A DNA stretch of 64,000 nt from the NCBI GenBank assembly GCA_001818155.1, contig MHJU01000005.1:11805-75804 (forward strand), given 5' to 3'. The notes beneath the pieces were generated by a model. That model was not told the origin of the DNA and made no database searches. It was given only the letters and a program-made list of their open reading frames with translations. Origin of the DNA: Candidatus Jacksonbacteria bacterium RIFCSPLOWO2_02_FULL_44_20. GTDB taxonomy: Bacteria; Patescibacteriota; Patescibacteriia; UBA9629. The translations under genes and the position numbers were made by a program. Positions 56,184 through 64,000 of this stretch are shown piece after piece (position 1 is the first letter of the stretch; the number at the start of each line of letters is the position of its first letter).

Positions 56184-57568
56184 ACAGCTCCTTCCTTCCT
56201 CCATAAAACCGCAAACGGCGTTTTAAGAAGAATTGCGATGTCCATTTTCAGGTTCCAATGTTCAACATAGTAAAGATCAAGCCGGGCTTCTTCGTCAAAA
56301 TCAAGCGCGCTTCTTCCTGAAATCTGCGCGCATCCTGTGATTCCCGGGCGAATGTTCAACAGTTTGCGCTGATACGGTTTATATCTCGTTACCTCTTCCT
56401 CTTCGTGCGGACGCGGGCCAACGAGACTCATGGCGCCGATAAGAACATTGTAAAAATTCGGCAGTTCGTCCAGGCTCCATCGCCGCAGAAAACGCCCGGT
56501 CGGCGTTATCCTGGGATCATTTTTCATTTTGAATAAAGGCCCGTTTCGTTCATTCATTGGCAGAAGTTTTGGTTTCAATTCTTCCGCGTCTTTTATCATT
56601 GAGCGAAATTTATAAAGTTTGAAGGATTTGCCGTTTTCCCCGACGCGCGCAAGTTTTACAAATACCGCGCCATGAGACGTAAATTTAATAAAGAGCGCGA
56701 TAATGATTCCTGGGATGAAAAATATAAGGAGCGCGAGCGCGCTTAGAAAAATATCCATAATGCGTTTTCGGACTCGCCCCCACCCTTCAAGCGGAGTGCG
56801 TTTAATGCTGATAAGAGGAAATCCTACTATCGCTTCCATTTCAATGCGCGGCAAGGCGGCTGAAAAAATGTCTGGCGCGTATCTGAAATCCATATGCCGC
56901 GTTTCGCAGAGGACGAGAAATTCATTCACTTTTTCTTTTGAAAAATTCAGGTCAGTGAGGATAACTTCTTCAATTTGATGGTTTGTCAATTTTTGTTCAA
57001 GTTGCGAGGCTGTGAATACCCTGCCACAAACTCTATAACCCCATCCGCGATTTCGTGAAAGCGTCTCAATAAAATGGGTTGTGTTTGAGTCCCCGCCGAT
57101 AACTATCACCGGCTTTGTGCCTATGAGATGCGCGAGAAGTATTTTACGGATGATCCGAACAATGCCCCGCGCGATGATAACGAAAAGTATCGCAAACCCT
57201 GAACCTGTAAGAATGATGAACCGCGAGGCATAAAAAAAATCGCGCTTGAAAAAAAGAAATACCACGACTCCAACCATTCCGGCAATTGTCGCGAGGATAA
57301 TTTTACCGATCTGATCAATAAACACCCGCAGTTGTTTTGGGTTGTAAAGCCCGGCAATCGCAAAAAAAATCACCCAAACTACCGCCATTCCCGCAACAAA
57401 CACAAGATATTGCCTAAGAGGAAGCTGATAAAATATCGGACTCACAAGCTCAAACTGCCTGATGAAATCTGTGGAACGCAGGCGATACGCAACGATACTT
57501 GCGAGGATAAACATTGCGTAATCAAGAGGCGGAAGTATAAGTGTATAAAAAAATTCCGAACGGCGCAT
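56180..57568 (-). CDS. polyprenyl-phosphate glycosyl-1-phosphate transferase (WbaP/bacterial sugar transferase family), initiating enzyme
   Basis: N-terminal TM bundle and C-terminal KRIMDIFLSALALLIFFIP ... KFRSM ... NVLIGAMSLVGPRP motifs. Confidence 0.85.
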   Translation of the reverse strand: MRRSEFFYTLILPPLDYAMFILASIVAYRLRSTDFIRQFELVSPIFYQLPLRQYLVFVAGMAVVWVIFFAIAGLYNPKQLRVFIDQIGKIILATIAGMVGVVVFLFFKRDFFYASRFIILTGSGFAILFVIIARGIVRIIRKILLAHLIGTKPVIVIGGDSNTTHFIETLSRNRGWGYRVCGRVFTASQLEQKLTNHQIEEVILTDLNFSKEKVNEFLVLCETRHMDFRYAPDIFSAALPRIEMEAIVGFPLISIKRTPLEGWGRVRKRIMDIFLSALALLIFFIPGIIIALFIKFTSHGAVFVKLARVGENGKSFKLYKFRSMIKDAEELKPKLLPMNERNGPLFKMKNDPRITPTGRFLRRWSLDELPNFYNVLIGAMSLVGPRPHEEEEVTRYKPYQRKLLNIRPGITGCAQISGRSALDFDEEARLDLYYVEHWNLKMDIAILLKTPFAVLWRKEGAV

Positions 57569-57608
57569 ATGCCAGATACTATATCGCTCTTTTGTATTTT
57601 TCGCAACC

Positions 57609-57637
57609 TTGCCAAGTATTAAATTTTATGGTATTTT
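57609..57637 (+). promoter_or_regulatory. candidate promoter for rnpB (TTGCCA-17nt-TATTTT)
   Basis: Hexamers 57609..57614 and 57632..57637 with a 17-nt spacer. Places the transcription start near 57644, matching the inferred RNase P RNA 5' end. Confidence 0.35.
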
Positions 57638-57640
57638 ACA

Positions 57641-58090
57641 CCTTGCTTTGACAACTCGAGTAATCGCCCCGCTTCGCTCTTACGAGCTACGTGGGGAGGA
57701 AAGTCCGGACTCCTTTTCCGATGAAAATCGGAATGACAATGCTTAGCAGATAACGTCTGCCGCTTCGCGTTAATTAAAGTTAGCGCGTAGTAGGGAAAGT
57801 GCCACAGAGACAATACCGCCCACACTAGCTTTAGCGAAGGTGGGTAAGGGTGAAAAGTGTGGTGTAAGAGACCACGGCTTGTATAGGCAACTATACAAGG
57901 AGGAAAACCCTAGGCGGAGAAAGCAGGAATGGTACCCCTTGCTAACTTTTTATTGCAATCACATATGCGAGGCAAACGACTGAAATTAAAAGTTAGCGAG
58001 GGGAGCCCTGCGCTTGAGCCTGATGGCGACGTCAGGCCTTAGGTAGATGATTACTTAGAAACAGAATCCGGCTTATGAGGTTCCAAGGCA
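57641..58090 (+). ncRNA. rnpB: RNase P RNA (bacterial type A); ends approximate (+/- ~15 nt)
   Basis: Universally conserved P4 strands GGGAGGAAAGTCCGGACTCC (near 57700) and ACAGAATCCGGCTTAT (near 58060). GGGTGAAAAGTGTGGTGTAAGAGACCAC (P10-12 region equivalent) and AGGGAAAGTGCCACAG elements. Confidence 0.8.
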
Positions 58091-58091
58091 A

Positions 58092-58127
58092 TAAAAATAG
58101 CCTAAGAAATTTTCTTGGCTATTTTTT
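58092..58127. terminator. 34-nt near-perfect palindrome AAAAATAGCC-TAAGAAATTTTCTT-GGCTATTTTT; bidirectional terminator between rnpB (+) and the convergent GT4 gene (-)
   Basis: 10-bp arms with a T-run on the plus strand and an A-run (T-run on minus) on the other side. Overlaps the last codons of the 58119..59273 gene. Confidence 0.65.
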
Positions 58128-59273
58128 AATTTCACCAATAATTCCAATCATCTCATTCACACGCTTTTCCCACGAGTTCTCTTTTGCATATTCTATCCGT
58201 TTTCTGGCGCGATCTTCAGTGTTTTCAGAAAGCGCGCGATCAATCGCTTCGCTGAATTCATCGTAGCTTTTTGCGTAATACAAAAGATCGCTGTCAGACA
58301 CAAGTTTTTGAGTCGCCACAACAGGAAGCCCTGCGGCAAGGTACTCGTAAAATTTCATCGGATTCATGGAAGTGGTAAGTTCATTTATTTTATGCGGGAT
58401 AATTGCCACGTCAAAAGTTGAGAGATAATGTTTGAGTTCATTGTTCGGCACAGGCCCTGTAAAAATAACATTTCCGCATGCGCTCACTCTATGCGCTTCC
58501 GCGTCCTTCCACACAGGTCCAACAAACACAAATTGCTTATCTTTCTTTGATTTCGCAAGAAAACATACGAGATCAAAATCAACTCTAGACTGGATAGTGC
58601 CAACATATCCGATTGTCGTTTTTTTCTTCCGCAAAGGCGCGCGGTCAATGCTTGCCGAATCAACTCCGTTTGGAATCCAGCGCGTATTTTTATGATCATA
58701 AAACAGATGATTCTTCAAGTGTTCAGAAACTGTAAAAATGCAGTCAGAATTTTTCGCGATCAGAGAGTAATTGCGCGCTAGAACTTTAATGTATTTGCGG
58801 TATGCCGGATGCGCGCGCCAATCGTCCACAGCGTCAAACACAATTATGTCGTTTGGAAGCTCGCTGAAGCAATTAGCGTATAATGGAAAGTACGACCAAA
58901 TAATGCGCGTCTCGTTTTCGTTTTTATCTGTCGCTCCAAGACGTTTGAGACGACCGCACAAACCGCTCATGCAGTAGGTAGTATACACTTTCAGTTTATC
59001 CTTCACGCTATAGAGGATGCCTCCATAATCCTTTGCAATGATGCGATAACTGGTTTTATAAATTTCAAACGATACAAACAAAAATGCGGAGAGTTTTTTC
59101 CGCCACTGCAAAGGAAGATATTCAACCATAATCACCTCCCTAACTTCCCGACGTTTCAGCAATTCATTAAGAATGTAGTAGTTTCGGTTTCGCACCCCCC
59201 GCCCCCATTCTTTGTAAGAAGACATGGAAAACATCAGAATGCGATATTGCGGAGTTTTCATATCAGTAATCAA
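58119..59273 (-). CDS. glycosyltransferase (GT4/GT-B-like)
   Basis: C-terminal half resembles GT4 (YLAAGLPVVAT, E..E region). N-terminal half divergent. Confidence 0.65.
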   Translation of the reverse strand: MITDMKTPQYRILMFSMSSYKEWGRGVRNRNYYILNELLKRREVREVIMVEYLPLQWRKKLSAFLFVSFEIYKTSYRIIAKDYGGILYSVKDKLKVYTTYCMSGLCGRLKRLGATDKNENETRIIWSYFPLYANCFSELPNDIIVFDAVDDWRAHPAYRKYIKVLARNYSLIAKNSDCIFTVSEHLKNHLFYDHKNTRWIPNGVDSASIDRAPLRKKKTTIGYVGTIQSRVDFDLVCFLAKSKKDKQFVFVGPVWKDAEAHRVSACGNVIFTGPVPNNELKHYLSTFDVAIIPHKINELTTSMNPMKFYEYLAAGLPVVATQKLVSDSDLLYYAKSYDEFSEAIDRALSENTEDRARKRIEYAKENSWEKRVNEMIGIIGEIKK

Positions 59274-60255
59274 ATTTTTGTTTTACGCGCTCATATCCAT
59301 TTTCCCCCATTTTACGCGCCAAAAAAGGATTTTTCATGCATGTTTCAATCGCGCGCGCGATATCTTTCGGATCTAACGGATCAACAAGAAATCCTGTGCG
59401 TCCTTCATCAACAGCTTCTGGAATCCCCCCGCTTCTTCCGCCGATCGCGGGTTTTTTAAAAACAGCGGCTTCAAGAAACACAATACCAAACCCTTCAACG
59501 TCTCCATCAATATCGCGCGAAGGCATTATAAAAGCGTCGCATGATTTGTAATATCCGAAAATCGCCGGGCGGGAGATTGATCCAAAAAAACGCACAGCAT
59601 TTTCTATGTTACAGGTTTTAGCTATCTCGCGCAAACGCATTTCATCGTCTCCTTCGCCGATAATCCAGTAACTTATCCTCGGTAAACGCGAAATTGCGCG
59701 AATCACCATGTCAAAACCTTTGCGCTTTACAAGGCGCCCGACGCTCAATAGAACAAACGGCGCGTCTTTTGGAATGAGCGGCGAGGAGAGCGAATCTTTT
59801 TCAAGCGCCGAAGAACTGACCCGCGGATATTCAACAATGATTTTTCCGCGCGGAATTCCGTAGCGATTTGCGATACTGCCCCGCACATATTCGGAATTTG
59901 AGCGCAATTCACCCGCATTTGAAAGAATGACGCGCGTCCAGAAACGTTTCCAAAAAGAAAGTCTGGACAGAACGTCTTTCCCATGCGCGTAAACATTATA
60001 TGAAATGCCGCAAAAAAATTTCAAAACAAGCGCTAAATAGCCGAGCGGCAGTATATTTCCGACAAGAAGTCTGTTGAATTTTTTTCTCCGATGAAAAAGC
60101 TCCGGAAAATAAGAAAGCCATGAAAGAGGAGTTTTTTTATATTCCAAATGAAGAACCATAACCGCGCCCTTCGCGCGTTTCACTGTAACAGCATAATATT
60201 CCGCCATGCCGCCGATATCTGGAGGATAATCAAAAGTAACAAGAAGAGATTTCAT
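59263..60255 (-). CDS. glycosyltransferase family 4
   Basis: MKSLLVTFDYPPDIGGMAEY ... GFGIVFLEAAVFKKPAIGG GT4 motifs. Confidence 0.8.
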   Translation of the reverse strand: MKSLLVTFDYPPDIGGMAEYYAVTVKRAKGAVMVLHLEYKKTPLSWLSYFPELFHRRKKFNRLLVGNILPLGYLALVLKFFCGISYNVYAHGKDVLSRLSFWKRFWTRVILSNAGELRSNSEYVRGSIANRYGIPRGKIIVEYPRVSSSALEKDSLSSPLIPKDAPFVLLSVGRLVKRKGFDMVIRAISRLPRISYWIIGEGDDEMRLREIAKTCNIENAVRFFGSISRPAIFGYYKSCDAFIMPSRDIDGDVEGFGIVFLEAAVFKKPAIGGRSGGIPEAVDEGRTGFLVDPLDPKDIARAIETCMKNPFLARKMGENGYERVKQKFDY

Positions 60256-61679
60256 AGAAGATGCCGCAAAAATTTGAGGTTAATGCCGCGAAAAATAAAA
60301 AGCGCGACAAAATATACGACGCATCCGAGAAGGATCAAAAAATACCACTGCGCATATGGAGACAAAAATTCAAGCGCCGCGTACATTATTATTGAAGACA
60401 AAATTACTTTTGCCGCGTGCCGCGCGAGTGCGCCTCCAATGACTGCAATACGCTCGCGAATAAAATACGCGTCTGACGCAAAGATCAAAATGTGAGTTGC
60501 AAGAAGAGCGACTGCGGCTCCAACTACGCCAAAACTCGGTATTAGAAATATATCCAAACCAATAAGCGCGATTATTCCGAACGCGCGTGAAATGGCCGTG
60601 CGCTTTTGGCGATTTATCGCGTTTAAAAGATTCCCTGTCGGGAAGGCGAGAAAAATAAACGGAAGCGAAAAGAGGATAATTTTTGAAGGTATAATCGCTG
60701 GAGAATACTCATCCCGAAATAACGCGCGCAAAATCTCGTCTCCAAGCGCAAAAAATCCGACTGAAAGCGGGATGCTGATTGCGAGAAGGTATTCAAAAGT
60801 ATAACGGAATATAGTCCGCAGTCCTTCTTCTGATTTTTCGTGCAAGTGTGAAAATGCCGGATATATCGCGCCCATAAGCGCGGTTGGCAGTGTTAAAGAA
60901 AGCGCTGTAACTATTTTAAGAGGCACGCTATAAAGCCCGACAGCGCGATAATCTGCCGAGAACTGGCGCAAAAGCACAATGTCAATTGTGTTTAAAATTT
61001 TCACCACAATCGCAACTGCGGCAAAAGATGGGATGCTTTTAAGAAGAAATTTTACAGTCGCGGAATCATAACAAGGATATATTCGCAGACGAAATTTTTT
61101 CAAAAGAACAAAAGATACGAATGCGATATTTATGATTGTGGCGACAAGAAGCGCGTAAATGAGAAAGCGGATATCGCCTGAAAGTTGTATTGAAACAACC
61201 CCTATTAAAACAGTAACAAGTTGCGAAATTAAAACCCCAATGCTTTCGTATTGCAATTTTTGCAGGGCGCGGAGAGCTCCGTACAGAAAAAGCGCGATGT
61301 TGTCCAACACAACCCAGATAAATGCGAGCGTAATAAGACCGCTCGTGTTTGCGTGGAAAATTCGCGCGCTTCCGATTGTCGCGATTCCAGCAATAATAAA
61401 AAGCGGAATTTTAATTGCAAACGCGGCGTTGATATAGCGCATTGCCTCAACTGGTTTTTTTGAGGCTTCGCGCACAAAGACGAGATATAATCCAAGATCG
61501 CCGATAATAAAAAAGAGCGTTGCGTACGATAACACGAACTGCAAACGCCCCAAATCTTCGGCTCCGCCGGGAAGATTATTTGAATAATACCAAAAATAAA
61601 CGCTTGAAATGATCCTCTGAATCACGAGGGCTCCTGTGAAAAAAATACTGTTTCTTGCAATGCTACGCGCGGTGTGCAT
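60252..61679 (-). CDS. polysaccharide/oligosaccharide flippase, Wzx-like (MOP superfamily)
   Basis: 475 aa with about 12-14 TM helices, typical Wzx family size and topology. Sits in the glycosyltransferase cluster. Confidence 0.75.
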   Translation of the reverse strand: MHTARSIARNSIFFTGALVIQRIISSVYFWYYSNNLPGGAEDLGRLQFVLSYATLFFIIGDLGLYLVFVREASKKPVEAMRYINAAFAIKIPLFIIAGIATIGSARIFHANTSGLITLAFIWVVLDNIALFLYGALRALQKLQYESIGVLISQLVTVLIGVVSIQLSGDIRFLIYALLVATIINIAFVSFVLLKKFRLRIYPCYDSATVKFLLKSIPSFAAVAIVVKILNTIDIVLLRQFSADYRAVGLYSVPLKIVTALSLTLPTALMGAIYPAFSHLHEKSEEGLRTIFRYTFEYLLAISIPLSVGFFALGDEILRALFRDEYSPAIIPSKIILFSLPFIFLAFPTGNLLNAINRQKRTAISRAFGIIALIGLDIFLIPSFGVVGAAVALLATHILIFASDAYFIRERIAVIGGALARHAAKVILSSIIMYAALEFLSPYAQWYFLILLGCVVYFVALFIFRGINLKFLRHLL

Positions 61680-61717
61680 ATTTCGCTATGGTAGCATAAG
61701 AGCCCGAGAAAAGACAA

Positions 61718-62041
61718 CTAAACTGAATTCATTCCTGATACAGTATCAGTTACTTTACCAATCACCCTTTCCGATCCTTTTCTTGCTAAAATTTCTTTTA
61801 ATTTCAGAATTATTCTGTAATACTCTTCCTTTGGAAGGTTTTTCATGATTTCTTCGGCTCTATTTAGATGGCTTATTTCCGGAATCTCATTTCTAACAGC
61901 AAAAATCGCGTCATTAAACATTTTCAGTTTTTCCGCATCTGTATAAGGCGTATCTTTCCTAAAATGGATCATAAAATCCTTCACGAAAGCTTCTTTCCAT
62001 GGTTCTTTTATTTCAGTGCTACGCATTGTTTCTTGGTTCAT
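61718..62041 (-). CDS. hypothetical 107-aa soluble protein at the leader-distal end of the CRISPR array
   Basis: ORF only. No recognisable motif. About 33% GC like the CRISPR-cas region. Confidence 0.4.
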   Translation of the reverse strand: MNQETMRSTEIKEPWKEAFVKDFMIHFRKDTPYTDAEKLKMFNDAIFAVRNEIPEISHLNRAEEIMKNLPKEEYYRIILKLKEILARKGSERVIGKVTDTVSGMNSV

Positions 62042-62148
62042 AGCAATAAAATTACTGCACTACAACGTTGATTTGAAAAATAAACGCTGAAATGCAAAAT
62101 TAAAACTTTTCTCTTATTCGTAATTAGTAATTCTTAATTCGTAATCAT

Positions 62149-63001
62149 TGAAGCAAAAGTAGAAATTTTATAGAGGTATTTGGCTTGTATAGTACTGTAT
62201 GCTATCATTCCTAATCTACAAAAGTAGAAATTTTATAGAGGTATTTGGCAATATCATTTTTCCTCTTCACCCATTCATATCTACAAAAGTAGAAATTTTA
62301 TAGAGGTATTTGGCTAATCAGCAAGAATATATTCAACGATGAATCTACAAAAGTAGAAATTTTATAGAGGTATTTGGCCGCGGCTAATTCGCCTAACGAT
62401 ACCTATCTACAAAAGTAGAAATTTTATAGAGGTATTTGGCTTCATAAAAAGTTCTCTCTAGATGATATCTACAAAAGTAGAAATTTTATAGAGGTATTTG
62501 GCTAATGCAACACAGACAGGGAATGTAAATCTACAAAAGTAGAAATTTTATAGAGGTATTTGGCCATTGAAGATAAATTCAAAGAGACACTATCTACAAA
62601 AGTAGAAATTTTATAGAGGTATTTGGCAAAAATATGAAGAAATACCAAGAACTGAATCTACAAAAGTAGAAATTTTATAGAGGTATTTGGCTGATGAATG
62701 CGAACACCGAAAAGAACGATCTACAAAAGTAGAAATTTTATAGAGGTATTTGGCTTTTTGTTCAGTTCGTCAGAAGTATTATCTACAAAAGTAGAAATTT
62801 TATAGAGGTATTTGGCCTCACACACGCTGATGCAGACAACAATCTACAAAAGTAGAAATTTTATAGAGGTATTTGGCGCGAGAGCAGGGATTTGGAACGT
62901 AATATCTACAAAAGTAGAAATTTTATAGAGGTATTTGGCATGTTGATGGAAAAACTCCCACAGACATCTACAAAAGTAGAAATTTTATAGAGGTATTTGG
63001 C
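62149..63001 (-). CRISPR. CRISPR array of 14 x 36-bp repeats (the terminal one degenerate) and 13 spacers of 25-29 bp; Cas12a (type V-A)-like repeat
   Basis: Plus-strand unit ATCTACAAAAGTAGAAATTTTATAGAGGTATTTGGC. Its reverse complement GCCAAATACCTCTATAAAATTTCTACTTTTGTAGAT ends in the Cas12a crRNA handle AAUUUCUACUUUUGUAGAU. Repeats start at 62149(deg), 62214, 62279, 62343, 62405, 62467, 62529, 62592, 62656, 62719, 62781, 62842, 62904, 62966. The degenerate repeat (5 mismatches) is at the end distal to cas genes. Confidence 0.95.
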
Positions 63002-63162
63002 ACTGAATGTGCCTATAATAAGCCAAAAAGATGCAAATCTTGCATAAAGCAAAGACGACTTTTTGGCTTATTGTAGGGCTTTGGAAAATATAAAGACCAA
63101 GGTTTGGTCAATTTGGTTAATACCTGCATCATAACTTCTACTTTTCTACTTTTTGTGAGTTT
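63002..63162 (-). promoter_or_regulatory. CRISPR leader (AT-rich; contains a 14-bp perfect inverted repeat with a nested palindrome and an oppositely oriented degenerate repeat copy)
   Basis: Located between the cas2 stop (63163) and the first full repeat. Inverted repeat AATAAGCCAAAAAG (63017..63030) / CTTTTTGGCTTATT (63059..63072). Repeat-like 63114..63159. Confidence 0.5.
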
Positions 63163-63450
63163 TCAAAGATCCGTCAGGCACACCACTTCTTTCTCTTGAT
63201 GTGCCGCCGCGCCATAACGCCGAACTTTCTTCTTGCACCCTTCGCATAACTGCATTATATATACGCTATCAGTAAGCTCAAATTTTTGCTTATACTTGCA
63301 TTCTACCTCGCTCACTATATTTTGCAAGACTCGCTGGCTGTTCCGCAACTCAAACACAGAATACTGCATGCGATTCCCAAACTTCTTTAAAAACTTAGAA
63401 AACCGCGACCGCTTTTTATCATTTGTTATATCGTACGAAACAATCAGCAT
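63163..63450 (-). CDS. cas2: CRISPR-associated endoribonuclease Cas2
   Basis: 95 aa, MLIVSYDITNDKKRSRFSKFLKKFGNRMQYSVFE typical Cas2 N-terminus. Confidence 0.9.
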   Translation of the reverse strand: MLIVSYDITNDKKRSRFSKFLKKFGNRMQYSVFELRNSQRVLQNIVSEVECKYKQKFELTDSVYIMQLCEGCKKKVRRYGAAAHQEKEVVCLTDL

Positions 63451-63465
63451 AATCGTAAAACCCGG

Positions 63466-64000
63466 TTATCCGCTTACCTTAAAAAACGGATAATCAGTTG
63501 TGTTATTCAAAATGCAATAATAAAAATCCCGCGCATACACAAACAAATCTTCCTTGCGCTCCATAATGCTGTCAAAAAACAGCTCAAGATATTTTTGCTG
63601 GTTTTGATACGACAACTGATACTGCCCGCGCGAAACAGTAAAATCTTTTTTATCAATTTGCTTTAAGCGATACGCCTTATAAATTTGTTTATCAATGACG
63701 CACCGAAACGGCTCCATCACATCGCACGCCAGCGATTTGCGCTGAAAAAACAGCTTGTGGTATATGCCTTTATAGGTATCAAAGCCGTAGAGCCGCAGAA
63801 GCGCGTCGGTGAAATTAAATAAAAACGTGTAGCCAATATCCATAAGCACGTTTGTTATATCTCCCTTTGTGCGCGGGCTTCGCCTAATCCATCCAAATTC
63901 TTTAAAGTATTGCTGAAAAAATTCTCGCGTGTGTTGTCCTTCCGTGCCGAGTAATGCTTTGTGATTTTTTACCGCATCAATATTTAACGCCGCTTCTTTA
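63466..64000 (-). CDS. cas1: CRISPR-associated endonuclease Cas1, C-terminal part (gene continues beyond the right window edge)
   Basis: Frame is open upstream of the track's start to the window edge: ...KEAALNIDAVKNHKALLGTEGQHTREFFQQYFKEFGWIRRSPRTKGDITNVLMDIGYTFLFNF... with the conserved Cas1 R..PP.D..NALL.YGY region. Confidence 0.85.
   Translation of the reverse strand, partial: KEAALNIDAVKNHKALLGTEGQHTREFFQQYFKEFGWIRRSPRTKGDITNVLMDIGYTFLFNFTDALLRLYGFDTYKGIYHKLFFQRKSLACDVMEPFRCVIDKQIYKAYRLKQIDKKDFTVSRGQYQLSYQNQQKYLELFFDSIMERKEDLFVYARDFYYCILNNTTDYPFFKVSG

Noticed and set aside
63114-63159. Possibility that the oppositely oriented repeat-like sequence in the leader encodes a tracrRNA
   Set aside because: The repeat unambiguously carries the Cas12a handle, and V-A systems process crRNA without a tracrRNA. 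Kept only as a structural curiosity in findings, not annotated as an ncRNA.

Overview
This window looks like a small-genome, CPR/Patescibacteria-like bacterium. Genes are densely packed, abut or overlap, and almost all lie on the minus strand. Housekeeping content: gatB (5' part), tmk, dut, dcd, frr, holB, two mreB paralogs with mreC/mreD/PBP2, greA, gyrB, metG, uppP, gap, pyrH, tsf, rpsB, rpmE, uvrC/uvrA/uvrB, tRNA-Thr(GGT) and tRNA-Tyr(GTA), tpiA, dacA-like, scpA/scpB, rseP, rplA, a P-type ATPase, secD/secF, secA and RNase P RNA. Interleaved are cell-envelope glycosylation loci: several GT2/GT4 glycosyltransferases, a GtrA/ArnT-like/GT2 trio, a polyprenyl-phosphate sugar transferase and a Wzx-like flippase. 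The notable accessory content is: (1) a co-directional pyrimidine-deoxynucleotide operon (DUF433, DHFR-like, ThyA-family, dcd, dCMP-deaminase fused to a HAD phosphatase, dut, tmk) in which the ThyA-family enzyme carries Asp at the position that is Asn in canonical thymidylate synthases, and into which an AT-rich Type II R-M cassette is inserted; (2) a SecD whose periplasmic head region is a parvulin-type PPIase domain; (3) a 20-nt GC-rich palindromic element present four times at gene 3' ends with compensatory substitutions; (4) a secreted alpha/beta-hydrolase with a tandem N-terminal repeat; (5) at the right edge a Type V-A (Cas12a-type) CRISPR array of 14 x 36-bp repeats with leader, cas2 and a partial cas1, the effector gene presumably lying beyond the window. 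No rRNA, transposase or integrase was seen. All homology calls come from reading the translations by eye; no database search was run.
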